DNA of 64,000 nt from Candidatus Xenobia bacterium (lineage in GTDB: Bacteria > Vulcanimicrobiota > Xenobia > Xenobiales > QWHO01), in contig BTUM01000004.1 of assembly GCA_045863235.1 (NCBI GenBank), forward strand, positions 96,001 through 160,000, read 5' to 3'. Positions within the stretch are counted from its first letter, which is position 1, and each line of letters begins with the position of its first letter. The translations under genes and the position numbers were made by a program. A model generated the notes under the pieces. It worked only from the letters and a program-made list of their open reading frames with translations. It had not been told where the DNA came from and did no database searches. Below, one piece after another: positions 37,402 to 47,447 of this stretch.

Positions 37402-39996
37402 TCAGCGCTTCACGCGCACCACGGTGACCCCCCAACCTCCCTCGTGCACCTCGCCCAGGCGGTGCTCGAGCACCATGGGGTGCCCTTTCAGGTGGCGCTG
37501 GATCGCCTGGCGCAAGGCGCCGGTTCCCTTGCCGTGGATCAGCTCCACCCTCTCGGCCCCGGCCATGGAGGCGCTGTCGAGGTAACGATCCACCTCCATC
37601 AGCGCCTCGTCCGCCGTCAACCCGCGCAGGTCCAGCCGGGTGCTCAGGGTGGCCGCACGCGACTCGGGCAGGTGGCCCACCTGACCCTGACTCTTCGTCT
37701 CGACCGGATCGCACTCGTCGCGCGGCACGGTAATGCGCACCGCCCCCACGCGGACTTCCACCTTGTCGTCCTTGCTCGTGAGCACCGTGCCCTCCTGGCC
37801 GAAACGGCGCACGTAGACGGTGGTTCCCGGCTCCAGTGGACCGCCCTCGGCCGGGGTCGGCTTGATGCGCAGCGGAGCCAGCTCGCTGACCAGCGCGTTG
37901 AGCTCCATCTGCAGCGCTCGGGCGTCAGCCCTCACCTCTTCGTCCACCTCGTCGGGAGGCGGCAACTCAGGCCGCGGGGGCTCGGGAGTCTCGGTGCTGG
38001 TGGGCAGGTCCTCCTCCTCCCAGGGGGTCTCGGGGTCCTCGTGGGGGGCCACCCGGGCCCGCTCAGCGGCCACCTCGGCCACCAGCCTGGCGGCCTCGGC
38101 CGACAGCTCCTCCACATCGGTCGAATCGCTCACCAGCCGGGCGGCCAGCTCGCGAGCCAGCCTGCGTGACTCTTCCAGCGCCTCCTTGCGGGCCTGGCCC
38201 AGAGCGGCCAGCTTCTTGCGAAAGTCGGCCAGCAAGCCCTGCACGTTGTCGCGCGCTTCGCTGAGCAGCTTCTCGGCCTGGCGGGCGGCCTCGTCCAGCT
38301 TCTCCTTCTTCTCCTGCTCCACCAGCGCCAGGCGCGCTTCGTACTCCTGGCGCAGGCGGGTCACCTGGCTCGACTCCTGCTCGAGCTGTTGGCCCAGCCT
38401 GTGGGCCGTCTCGCGCTCTTGCTCGAGGTCGTCGAGCAGCCCTTCCACCTCGTCGTGGCTCTGCCCCAAAAGCTCTCTCGCGCGGCGCAGCACGCTGGCC
38501 GGCAGGCCCAGCTGGCTTGCGATCTGAAGGGCGTTGGAGCGTCCCGGGACGCCCATCAGCACGCGGTAGGTGGGCTGCAGCGACCGGGTATCGAACTCGA
38601 CGGCGGCGTTCTCCATCCCCTCGGTCTGGGCCGCGAAGGCCTTCAGCTCGGAGAGGTGGGTGGTCACGACGGTGCGCGTGCCGCGCCCGTGCAGGTACTC
38701 CAGCAAGGCCATCCCCAGCGCTCCGCCCTCGGAGGGGTCGGTGCCCGCCCCCAGCTCGTCGAGCAGCACCAGCGTCTCGGGTCCGGCCGCCGGGAGGATG
38801 CGCAGAATCTGGGTCAGGTGGGCCGAGAAAGTGGACAGGCTCTGGGCGATGGACTGCTCGTCGCCGATGTCGGCCCACACCGCTCGCAGAAACGGGATGC
38901 TCGAACCCGAGGCGCAGGGCACCGGGCAACCTGACAGGCCCATCAGCACCGACAGGCCCACGCATTTGAGGGTGACCGTCTTGCCACCCGTGTTGGGGCC
39001 GGTGACCACCAGGGTATCGAACCCCTGGCCCACCTCGATGGAGATGGGGATGACGTGCCCTCTGAGCAGGGGATGGCGGGCCTGGTTGAGCCGGATCGTG
39101 CCCTCCTGGTTGATCTCGGGCAGCTGGGCCCGGGCGTCCTGGGCGTAGCGCCCCAGCCCGCAGAGAAAGTCGAAGTGACCCAGCTCGTCGCAGGCCATGG
39201 CCAGCTCGTCGGCGTGGTAGCCCACCAGGGCCGACAGGCGGGCCAGGATGGCCTCCATCTCCTTCTTCTCGGCCAACCGCACCGAGCGCAGCTGGTTGCC
39301 CTGCTCCACCAGGGAGAATGGCTCCATGAAGAGGGTGGCGCCGCTGGCCGACTGGTCGATCACAAGTCCCGGAAAGGCGCTGCGATACTCCGACTTGACC
39401 GGCACCACGTGCCGCCCCATGCGCTGGGTGATGATGGGCTCCTGCAGCATCTTGGCCAGGTCGCTCTCGCGCAAAATGGCGCCCAGGCTGCGCTGCATGC
39501 GCGCCTCCAGAGAGCGGATCTCCTCGCGCAGGGCTCGCAGCTTCGGGCTGGCCGAGTCGAGCATGCGGGCGTCGGGACCGAAGCAGCGGGCCACCTCGGA
39601 CTCGATCTTGGGGAAGGGGATCAGCACCACGCCCCGGTCAGCCAGGCGCGGAAAGCGGTCGGCCCGCTCTTTCAGGGCCCGCCCGACCTGCCGGCTCACT
39701 CCGGCCACCTCGCGGATCTGCATGAGCACCTCTGGCTCGAGGGAGGAGCCAAGCTGGGCCTGCTGGATGGCCGGGCGCACGTCCTCGAGCCCGCCCAGGG
39801 GGGGGTTGTAGCCCTCGTCGAGCAGCCGGATGGCCTCGGCCACGTCGTTCTGGCGCTCTTGCAGCTCGTCGAGCGAGGTGGCCGGCAACAGAGCCTCCAT
39901 GCGCTCGCGCCCGGGCGGCCAGTGGGTCTTGCCCGCCAGGATCTCGAGCACGGCCGGGAACTCCAGCACGCGCAGGGTTTGCAGGTCTTGCAGCAT
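37402..39996 (-). CDS. mutS2: Endonuclease MutS2 with C-terminal Smr domain
   Basis: QSASGATLFMEP, TGPNTGGKT, DIGDEQSI, LLDELGAGTDP, LDLRG...IHGKGTGALR...GGWGVT. Confidence 0.97.
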   Translation of the reverse strand: MLQDLQTLRVLEFPAVLEILAGKTHWPPGRERMEALLPATSLDELQERQNDVAEAIRLLDEGYNPPLGGLEDVRPAIQQAQLGSSLEPEVLMQIREVAGVSRQVGRALKERADRFPRLADRGVVLIPFPKIESEVARCFGPDARMLDSASPKLRALREEIRSLEARMQRSLGAILRESDLAKMLQEPIITQRMGRHVVPVKSEYRSAFPGLVIDQSASGATLFMEPFSLVEQGNQLRSVRLAEKKEMEAILARLSALVGYHADELAMACDELGHFDFLCGLGRYAQDARAQLPEINQEGTIRLNQARHPLLRGHVIPISIEVGQGFDTLVVTGPNTGGKTVTLKCVGLSVLMGLSGCPVPCASGSSIPFLRAVWADIGDEQSIAQSLSTFSAHLTQILRILPAAGPETLVLLDELGAGTDPSEGGALGMALLEYLHGRGTRTVVTTHLSELKAFAAQTEGMENAAVEFDTRSLQPTYRVLMGVPGRSNALQIASQLGLPASVLRRARELLGQSHDEVEGLLDDLEQERETAHRLGQQLEQESSQVTRLRQEYEARLALVEQEKKEKLDEAARQAEKLLSEARDNVQGLLADFRKKLAALGQARKEALEESRRLARELAARLVSDSTDVEELSAEAARLVAEVAAERARVAPHEDPETPWEEEDLPTSTETPEPPRPELPPPDEVDEEVRADARALQMELNALVSELAPLRIKPTPAEGGPLEPGTTVYVRRFGQEGTVLTSKDDKVEVRVGAVRITVPRDECDPVETKSQGQVGHLPESRAATLSTRLDLRGLTADEALMEVDRYLDSASMAGAERVELIHGKGTGALRQAIQRHLKGHPMVLEHRLGEVHEGGWGVTVVRVKR

Positions 39997-40071
39997 CGCG
40001 CTCGGAGATTCTCGCCGGAGGGGTGGATTTCCGCCTGGCACGGCCAAGTCGAGAACGGAACTGGCGTTAGA

Positions 40072-40114
40072 GCGTTCTGTGAGGCTTTCACGGAGGCGAA
40101 ACTCCTGCCGAACA
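40072..40114 (+). repeat. Copy 1 of dispersed element GCGTTCTGTGA-(2-3)-CTTTCACGGAGGCGAAACTCCTGCCGAACA
   Basis: 11 + 30 nt identical to 53656-53699. Confidence 0.9.
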
Positions 40115-40161
40115 ACGAGGCGGTGAGGGAGGGACGTGCCCACCGGCGAACCAGACGATCG

Positions 40162-42015
40162 ATGCAGCTGCGAGAGAGAGCAAGGTGCGGCTATCCCGAT
40201 GCGATGGCAGCCCTGGCCGAGGCCGGGGAGGACCTGAGCTTTCTTTCTGCCGAGCAGCGGGCCTATGGCTGGTGCCACACGTTCCACCCACGGTTGGCCG
40301 AGGAGCTGGTCGTGTGCCGGGCGACCCCGCACTGCCTGGTCGTGAGCTCGCTGAAGCTGGGTCAGCCCCTCGAGCTCGACTCTCGGCTCGCTCCTTCCTT
40401 CCTGGAGGCCAGCGCCTGCCCCGATCCAGAGGTCTCGGCCCGGGCCCTGGAGGCCCTGAAAGCCACCGACCTGGTCGACCTCCTGTGCGACTACGCGCTG
40501 TCGAGGGACTGCTCGCCGGCCGCCAGGGAGGTCTGGGTGGCTTTGGGCTTGCTTCCCAGCGCCCCCCATCGGCGCCAGATCTACCTGATCAGGATGGGAA
40601 GGACGGACCTTGCCGAGGAGCTCGATCCGCAGGGCGAGCACCTGACGCTGGGAGCCCTGGAGCTACGCCCCTCCTGGCGCCTGGCTCTGGCGGCCCATTT
40701 GCGCGAGCGCGGCCGGGGCCACCTGGTACCCCGCATGCTGGGCATCGTCCGCGAGAGAGTGCAACTCGACGGGCCCATGCTGGCCGAGATGCTACGCCAG
40801 GCCCAGTTCGAGGCACTGTGGACTCTGTGCCCCTTCCTGTCTGCCGAGCGCGCCCGGGAGGTCATCCTGGGACTGGCCGAGAGGGGCTTCGCGGGGGGGG
40901 CTGACTTCGCGCAAGCCGTGGACCTGGCCCGGGTCGAGCCGATCCGGCGGCCTGTCTATCGCACGCGCGGGAAATGGGTGGGCTGGGGCGGGCGCCGCCT
41001 GCTGGTCAGCCGCAATCGGAGCGTGAGAGCCATCGATTGGGAGGAGGATCGCGTCGCCTGGCAGGTGGGAGGGAGTTGTCAGGGTGCGGTGCTCTCGCCG
41101 GACGGCAGGTGGGCCGCTCTTTCGCGCCAGCGGCACTACCATCTGCACGATCACGAGGGCCGAATGGTACACGCGAATCGAGCCGTGATGCCCAGTTTCT
41201 CGCCCTGCTCGAATTACTTCGCTTTTCGCGAGGGGCGCTGGCAGCTCTGGCGCCTCTCCCCGCTCGAGCTGCTCGAGTCATCCCAAAACTGCAAGTTCGA
41301 GTGGCTGGAGCCAGGCCAGGTGATCGTCAGCGAGGTGGGAGGACTGCGCATCCGCGATCTGGCCAGCGGGACCACCCGCCTGGAGCCGCCCCTGGCCAGT
41401 GAGCCGAACACCTCCAAGTGGAGGAGGTCTGCCCGGGGCGCGCGCTGGGTGGCCCGCCGAAACCCGCTGATGGCGTTGAGCACGGGCACCCCCGAAAGCC
41501 TGATCGTGGAATCGGACGGAAGCTGCCAGGTCGTGCCGAGCAGGGTCGTGCTGCTCGACGACGAGCGCGTGCTGTGCACCAAAGACTGGAAGATCTGGGA
41601 CGGTCGCATGCTGCGGCCGCTCCCCAGGCCAGAGGCGGCTTCGTTTCAGATCGATCCCCGGGGGGCGCGACTCGTGACCGAGAAGGAAGGCTTCACCGCG
41701 CTGGTGCGCCTGGGCGACCGCCTGCCCTACCGAGAGCTGCCCGGCACTTTTCTCGCGATCCATCCCACCGAGCCTTACCTGGCAACTTTGCTTGAGGGAG
41801 AGATCTGCATCTGGCAGGTGCCCCACGAGGTCGACCTGGGTCCTGCGCTGCTCGAGGACAACGCCGAGCGACTCGAGCAACACCTGCGCCCACTGGCCCT
41901 CTTTCTCTTGCACCGACGATTCCGCCACGAGGTGGCGCTGGAAGAGGGTCTGGAGCTCTCCCCAGCGCACGAAATCCAACTCGACGACGATGAGGCTCGC
42001 GTTTATGGAGGGTAA
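40162..42015 (+). CDS. Hypothetical protein: helical N-terminus plus WD40-like beta-propeller
   Basis: LSPDGRWAAL, FSPCSNYFAF, IDPRGARL, IHPTEPYLAT...IWQ blade-like motifs; start uncertain. Confidence 0.75.
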   Translation: MQLRERARCGYPDAMAALAEAGEDLSFLSAEQRAYGWCHTFHPRLAEELVVCRATPHCLVVSSLKLGQPLELDSRLAPSFLEASACPDPEVSARALEALKATDLVDLLCDYALSRDCSPAAREVWVALGLLPSAPHRRQIYLIRMGRTDLAEELDPQGEHLTLGALELRPSWRLALAAHLRERGRGHLVPRMLGIVRERVQLDGPMLAEMLRQAQFEALWTLCPFLSAERAREVILGLAERGFAGGADFAQAVDLARVEPIRRPVYRTRGKWVGWGGRRLLVSRNRSVRAIDWEEDRVAWQVGGSCQGAVLSPDGRWAALSRQRHYHLHDHEGRMVHANRAVMPSFSPCSNYFAFREGRWQLWRLSPLELLESSQNCKFEWLEPGQVIVSEVGGLRIRDLASGTTRLEPPLASEPNTSKWRRSARGARWVARRNPLMALSTGTPESLIVESDGSCQVVPSRVVLLDDERVLCTKDWKIWDGRMLRPLPRPEAASFQIDPRGARLVTEKEGFTALVRLGDRLPYRELPGTFLAIHPTEPYLATLLEGEICIWQVPHEVDLGPALLEDNAERLEQHLRPLALFLLHRRFRHEVALEEGLELSPAHEIQLDDDEARVYGG

Positions 42016-42021
42016 CGCTCC

Positions 42022-42036
42022 CTTTCACGGAGGCGA
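42022..42036 (+). repeat. Partial copy CTTTCACGGAGGCGA
   Basis: 15 nt identical to 40085-40099 and 53670-53684, 6 nt after the stop codon. Confidence 0.75.
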
Positions 42037-42041
42037 CGTGC

Positions 42042-44669
42042 TCAGGTCTGAGGATCAGCGACCTGGCCACCCTGAAGGCGCCGGTCGATCACGTGCCGCA
42101 GCTTGCCGCTGCGCGGGTTGCGCTCCAGCTCTCCCGGACTGACGACCTCTACCACCAGTTCGGCCAGCAAGCCCTGCTCGAGCCGCTCACCGAGCACAGG
42201 CAGGCGCTCGAGCAGCCTTTCTCGTACCCTCTCACTGGAGGCCGGGCCTTCCACCCGCACCCGCAGCCGATCGAGCAGGTCCCGCTTCTCGGCTACCAGT
42301 TGCACGGCGCCCGCCAGGCCGACCAGAGCTTCGGCCACGTCTTGCCAGGAAGTGTTGGTGCTGGCCAGGCAGAGCAGGTCGTCAGAGCGGCCAAGCAGCT
42401 CGAAGCGAGGAGTGGTCCGACCGCAGGGGCAGGGCTCTTGCAGCCAGCGGGCTCGATCCCCCAATCGATAGCGAATCAGCGGCATCAACCGGCGCTGCAG
42501 GCAGGTGATCACGACCTCTCCCTCCGGGGCCGGTCTGCCTTGCGCGTCCAGTAGCTCCATCCACACCTGGTCGCTGGCCAGGTGGTGCACCGAGCCCGGG
42601 CAATGGGCGCACTGGTAGCCGATGGGTCCGCCGTCGTTGGCGCCCAGAATCGAGCCCAGCCGGGTCAATCCGAAGCGTTCGCGCAAGAGCTTCTGCTCGC
42701 CCGGGGGCAGGGGCTCGCCCCCGTAGACCACCGTCTTGATGGGGGGGCGAGCCTGGCGCTCGTGGAGGTCGGAGAACAGGCGGGTGAGCTGAGACGAGAC
42801 CCCCAGCACCACCCCCACTTCGAAGCGCTCGAAGTGCAGCATCAGGCTCTCGAGGGGGGCCGAGGCGGTGAAGGGGAGGTTGACCACGCCGGCTTCCTCC
42901 AGCACTCGGTGGATGCTCAGGAAACTGCCGTAGAGGTCGCCCGAGAGGAAGAGGTTGGCGCAGCGGTCCCCCGGGCGAACGCCCAGGGCGCGCAGCATCT
43001 TGACGCCGGCCAGGACGTCGGCGCGATAGTCCTCCGGGCTCAAGAAGCAGTACTTGGGGTCGCCGGTGGAGCCGCCGCTGCGCAGCACCACGGCGTCCTT
43101 GAGAGGCGCGGTCAAGAGCTCGGCGGACTGAAGGTGCAGCACCGAGCGCTCCAGCAACGGCTGGCCCTGGAAGTCCTCCGGGAGGCAGACCGGGGTAAGG
43201 CGCTCGCGGTAGTAGGGCGAGCGAGCGCGCACGAACTCGATCAGGTCGAGCAGCCGCTCCCAGCTGATGGCCTCGGCCTCGGCGGCGGGGCGGGTCTCCC
43301 AGTCGTGGCTGATGCCCTCGGGGGCGTCGGCGGTCAAACTCACCCAGCGCACCAGGGGTTGCAGGCCGAGACGGCCGTCGTGGGGCTCGCCGGGCTGCCC
43401 CCCTGCCATCTCGCCGAGGCGGCAGATGCGGGTGGCTCCCGCCGCGGTCAGCAGCCGGCCCAGGTGGCGCGAGCGATAGAGCCCGGCCTCCAGGCCCACG
43501 GTCTGAAGGAAGCTGCGCCAGGGCTCGAGCAGAACCGGCAGCTCGCGCTCGGGTTGCTCCACCGTCTTGATGATCAGCGTGCGGTGCAAGGGCGAGGAGC
43601 GAAGCTCGCTCTCGTCGCTCTCGTAGATCAACGTCCAGGCCAGGGGACGCCTGGAGGTCAGCAGTCGCACCGGTCGCACGGCCTGGTCAAAAAGAGCCAT
43701 CTGGCGCTCCTTGGTGACCTCGATGGCGGTATCGAAGGCGGGCTCGGCAGACGGCAGCTCGGCCTCCACCTCCTCCAGCGCCCGGGCCAGCGGCTCGAGC
43801 AGCCGCTCGGCGTTCTCGGCTCCCTCCACGTAGAGCACCTGGGGCGAGGAGCAGGCGTGTTGATCCCACATCGACACGTCGCGGGCCAGGCGGCCCGCCA
43901 GCTCGGGCAGATCCTGCCAGCCCGGGGCGTCGGCGGTGAGCACGGCCAGCGACAGCTTGGGCCCGTAATCCACCACCTCCACGTGGGGATCGACCCCCTG
44001 ATGGTAGCGGCGCACGGCCTCCTCGCCCCCGGTGATGACGATGGCGTCACAGCCTGCTTTGAAGAGCGACTCCAGGCTCTCGTCGCCTCCCGACCAGGAG
44101 AGCACGGCGGTGGAGCGGGTCAGCTCGCCATCCTCTTCGAAGGCGGCCAGGCTCTCCACGAAGAGCCGGGCAAACAGCGGGTCACCGCTGGAGGCCTTCA
44201 GCAGAGTCACGTTGCCGGTCAGCAGAGACTCGGCCAGGAGGATGGCGGCGCCCACGAAGACATTGCCCGAGGCCACCGTCAGCACCACCCCGCGGGGACG
44301 AGCCCGCAGGTACTCCCCGATGCTCTTGCGCGGAGTCCAACGATCGAGCAGGTCAGCCGGCCCCAACTCGCGCTCGATGCGCATCTCCAGGACGTCGCGT
44401 CGCAGGGCGTTCCCCATCATCGTGAGGGATTGCGCCACCATGGGCCGGGACATGCCCACCAGGTCGGGGATCTCTTGCTCAGCCCGGCGTCGGGGGGGGA
44501 ACTCGGGGTCGACCCAGGCAGCTCCGGCCCGATCCAGAATGCGCATGATGCGCCGCACCGAGATGCGCTCGTAGCTCAGGGTGCGCTCGCGAGCCCGGCC
44601 CAGCACCTCACGGACCCGCTCGGCGGTGAGCGGGCCGCTCCAGGTCTCCCCCAGCACGAAGTGGCTCAT
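42042..44669 (-). CDS. LuxC-type acyl reductase fused to a PaaK-like AMP-forming ligase domain
   Basis: ASGNVF, GGEEAV, YGPKLS, WDQHACSSPQ (catalytic Cys), GEPHDG; then RSGGSTGDPK, MPLIRYRLGD, LGRSDD. Confidence 0.9.
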   Translation of the reverse strand: MSHFVLGETWSGPLTAERVREVLGRARERTLSYERISVRRIMRILDRAGAAWVDPEFPPRRRAEQEIPDLVGMSRPMVAQSLTMMGNALRRDVLEMRIERELGPADLLDRWTPRKSIGEYLRARPRGVVLTVASGNVFVGAAILLAESLLTGNVTLLKASSGDPLFARLFVESLAAFEEDGELTRSTAVLSWSGGDESLESLFKAGCDAIVITGGEEAVRRYHQGVDPHVEVVDYGPKLSLAVLTADAPGWQDLPELAGRLARDVSMWDQHACSSPQVLYVEGAENAERLLEPLARALEEVEAELPSAEPAFDTAIEVTKERQMALFDQAVRPVRLLTSRRPLAWTLIYESDESELRSSPLHRTLIIKTVEQPERELPVLLEPWRSFLQTVGLEAGLYRSRHLGRLLTAAGATRICRLGEMAGGQPGEPHDGRLGLQPLVRWVSLTADAPEGISHDWETRPAAEAEAISWERLLDLIEFVRARSPYYRERLTPVCLPEDFQGQPLLERSVLHLQSAELLTAPLKDAVVLRSGGSTGDPKYCFLSPEDYRADVLAGVKMLRALGVRPGDRCANLFLSGDLYGSFLSIHRVLEEAGVVNLPFTASAPLESLMLHFERFEVGVVLGVSSQLTRLFSDLHERQARPPIKTVVYGGEPLPPGEQKLLRERFGLTRLGSILGANDGGPIGYQCAHCPGSVHHLASDQVWMELLDAQGRPAPEGEVVITCLQRRLMPLIRYRLGDRARWLQEPCPCGRTTPRFELLGRSDDLLCLASTNTSWQDVAEALVGLAGAVQLVAEKRDLLDRLRVRVEGPASSERVRERLLERLPVLGERLEQGLLAELVVEVVSPGELERNPRSGKLRHVIDRRLQGGQVADPQT

Positions 44670-45751
44670 TCCAGCAGCCTCGCGGCCGCAATGGCGCAGC
44701 CGGCGTGCTTGCGCGTGCCGCCCCGGCCCAGAAAGCGAAGCGCAGGGGCCTGACGCCCGCACGGGCAACCCTCCTCCAGGGCCGCCAGGTCGCTGGTCAG
44801 CAGGCTGAGGTTGGGCACACTGGTCAGAAACGGGGTGCACAGCTGCAACAGACCTGGCTCACCCGGAGCGAGCGGCCGAAGATCGAGGGGATGACGGATC
44901 AGCGCCCGGCAGAACACCGGAACATGGAAGCGGTGGGCCGGGCACTCGACGTAGGGGGCGCCGTGCTCGACCATGCCATAGTTGTCGCGCTGGCGCTCGG
45001 GGGGCACAGCCAGCTTCTGGCTGACCAGCTGGAGAAACTCCTCGCGAGGGATGGCCTGCTCGGCCTGGCCCTTCCAGCCCCCGCCGGTCAGCACCCAGCT
45101 GCCCTCAGCCAGCCTGACCGGGGCGTGCAGCCGCGTCATCAGACGGTGCAAGAAGGAGGGGAAGCCCACGATGCGCGTGGGGAACGGGCTTTGAGCCAGC
45201 CGCACCAGAGCCTCGAGCGCCCCTTCCTCGTCGAAGAAGAACCCCTCCGGGCCCTTTTGAAGGGCGTAGAACACCTCGGCCTGGCGGGTGAAACGGGTCC
45301 AGTTGGAGGAGCTGAAGGCCGCCCCCGAATCGGGAGCTTCAGCCGGGTCGTAGGAGAAAAGCAGCGAGTTGGTTGTCTCGTCGGGGGCCACCAGCCCCTG
45401 GTCGGCAAAGACCGTCTCGAGCATGGCCTGGGCCCGATCGAGCGAAGCCTGGTCGAAGAAAGTCTGGCTCTTTTGCCCCGAGGTCCCACTGGAGCGAACG
45501 TGCAGCACGACCTGGCTCTTCTCCACGCTGAGGAGCTCGTAGCGCTTGAACACGTTGACGAAGACGAAGGGGGCATCCTCCAGGCGCCCCAGGCGCTGAA
45601 AGCCCTGCTGCTCGCAAAACCGGCCGAACTCGGGGCAGGAGCGGCGGTGGTGGGCAAACGCCTCCTGCATGGCCTCGTGAAAGAGCAGCTCGCGCTCATC
45701 GTCGAGGTCATAAGGGCGATCAAGGCGACAGAGGCGGTCGATAGCTTGCAT
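44666..45751 (-). CDS. LuxE-family acyl-protein synthetase
   Basis: SSGTSGQKS, TGGGWK, DNYGMVEH, LLTSDL, C-terminal GR..TRKHAGC; ATGA overlap with the luxC fusion. Confidence 0.9.
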   Translation of the reverse strand: MQAIDRLCRLDRPYDLDDERELLFHEAMQEAFAHHRRSCPEFGRFCEQQGFQRLGRLEDAPFVFVNVFKRYELLSVEKSQVVLHVRSSGTSGQKSQTFFDQASLDRAQAMLETVFADQGLVAPDETTNSLLFSYDPAEAPDSGAAFSSSNWTRFTRQAEVFYALQKGPEGFFFDEEGALEALVRLAQSPFPTRIVGFPSFLHRLMTRLHAPVRLAEGSWVLTGGGWKGQAEQAIPREEFLQLVSQKLAVPPERQRDNYGMVEHGAPYVECPAHRFHVPVFCRALIRHPLDLRPLAPGEPGLLQLCTPFLTSVPNLSLLTSDLAALEEGCPCGRQAPALRFLGRGGTRKHAGCAIAAARLLE

Positions 45752-45884
45752 CCTGGAGGGCCCCGTTTCTCACCGGCGGCGGCCGGCCCTGCTCTGCGCA
45801 CTGATATCCTTCTGTCCATACTGCGGCAACAATCCTGGGACCAGCCGCGCGTAAACTCAGGGCGGTGCGCAAACAGGAGACCTC

Positions 45885-47447
45885 ATGCTCACGGCAGTCC
45901 AGCCCGCTTGCGGGCACAGCATAAAACATCGCTACTTCAGCCAGGACCCCCTGACCGAGCAGCTCATGACGACCAGCATGCCTGCCGATGGCGTGTCGCT
46001 TGGCCCTGAGAACGCTCGCTTGAAGGTCGACGACCCCGGTCAGCCGGTGGCTGCCCCGGACGAGAACGGCAACATGCTCTATGTGCCGACCGACCCTCGC
46101 TTTGCCCAGGTGCAGACCTTCGTGGCCGCCGACCGCTCGCTTCGCTTCTTCGAGCGCCACCTGCAGCGCAAGCTCGACTGGGCTTTCGGGCGCGAGCAGA
46201 TGCTGATCCACCCCCACGCCGGCAACACCATCAACGCCTTCTACAACCGTCAGGAAGGCTCCATCAACTTCTACACCTTCAACGCCCAGGAGCTGGGCAA
46301 GACCATCAACTCCGGACACTCGGCCGAGATCGTCGCCCACGAGTCGGGCCACGCGCTGCTCGACGGGGTGCGGCCCGAATGGATCAACTGCCTGGAGGAC
46401 GCCACGGGGGGATTCCACGAGGCTTTCGGCGACATCCTGGCCTTCCTGGTGGCCCTGGAGGAGCCGCGCAACCTCGACAAGGTGCTGGCCGAGACCGGGG
46501 GCGACCTCAAGCGCCCTAACTCGGTGGCCCGACTGGCCGAGGAGGTTTCCCGGGCCCTGTGGGACGAGCTCGACATGGAGCGCCCCCACCACGACTACCT
46601 GCGCAATGCCAACAACGCGCTGGTGAACGCTGACCCCACCACCCTGCCCCCCGATCCGCCCAACGAGAGCGAGCTCGGCCGGGCCGTGCACAACTACTCG
46701 CGGGTGATGACCGGAGCGGCTTGGGACGTACTCGATTCGTTCCACCGCCAGTATCAGGCCCAGGGGTTCGGCGTGCGCCAGAGCCTGGAGAAGGCCCGCG
46801 AGACGGTGGGAGCGCTGGTCATCCGCAGCCTGGACTTCTGCCCGGTGGGTCACTTGCCGTCGTACGGCGACTTCGCCCGGGCTCTGCTCGAGGTGGATCG
46901 GCGCGACTTCGACGGCCAGCACCGCGAGATGCTCACCAATCTGATGCAGGCCCGCAACATCCACCCGCCGGAGCAGCAACCGGTGCCCGCGCTGACTCTG
47001 CCCGAGGACGGCACGACGCCGTTTGGAGCCCAGCGTTTCCTGGAGCTGCACAGAGACGAGCTGGGCATCGCTCCCGAGGTGCCTCTGACCTTCGAGCGTT
47101 CCTACGCCAATGAGCTGGGCGAGCGGTTCGTCCTCTATCGCTACGATCGCAACGTGGCCGTGCGAGAGGACCTGAGCGCGGTGGCCCAGGGTGGGCTGTT
47201 GCTGGTCTTCGATGGGGACGGGAGCTTGAGCTACCGGCACTTCAACGAGCTGACCCCGGCCGCCGAGGGGCGCCTTCGCGAGGCGGCTCTGTCCCAGCTA
47301 GCGGCCGGGCAGATCCGCACCGACAGCGTGCTCTCGGGCGAGGTGGACCTGTCTGGCATGCTGCAAGAGGACGGTCAGCCCTACCAGGGCTACCTGTCGG
47401 TGGAGCCGCAGGGCACAGTCATCAAGGCCAGCCCGGTTCGCGCCTGA
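45885..47447 (+). CDS. Gluzincin metallopeptidase (M4/M36-like)
   Basis: NAFY, AHESGHALLD, GGFHEAFGD, VHNYSR; AGGAG RBS; no obvious signal peptide. Confidence 0.88.
   Translation: MLTAVQPACGHSIKHRYFSQDPLTEQLMTTSMPADGVSLGPENARLKVDDPGQPVAAPDENGNMLYVPTDPRFAQVQTFVAADRSLRFFERHLQRKLDWAFGREQMLIHPHAGNTINAFYNRQEGSINFYTFNAQELGKTINSGHSAEIVAHESGHALLDGVRPEWINCLEDATGGFHEAFGDILAFLVALEEPRNLDKVLAETGGDLKRPNSVARLAEEVSRALWDELDMERPHHDYLRNANNALVNADPTTLPPDPPNESELGRAVHNYSRVMTGAAWDVLDSFHRQYQAQGFGVRQSLEKARETVGALVIRSLDFCPVGHLPSYGDFARALLEVDRRDFDGQHREMLTNLMQARNIHPPEQQPVPALTLPEDGTTPFGAQRFLELHRDELGIAPEVPLTFERSYANELGERFVLYRYDRNVAVREDLSAVAQGGLLLVFDGDGSLSYRHFNELTPAAEGRLREAALSQLAAGQIRTDSVLSGEVDLSGMLQEDGQPYQGYLSVEPQGTVIKASPVRA

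Noticed and set aside
39055..40641. Extended overlapping N-termini of mutS2 and the WD40-like ORF
   Set aside because: Artefact of longest-ORF starts; likely starts are 39996 (-) and about 40162 (+).
41960..42015. Fourth instance of the C-terminal tail motif (IQLDDDEARVYGG*)
   Set aside because: Stops at GG and lacks the hydrophobic and basic end; likely coincidental.
42042..45751. Bioluminescence (lux) operon
   Set aside because: Only luxC- and luxE-like genes; no luxA, luxB or luxD in the window, and LuxC is fused to a ligase domain.
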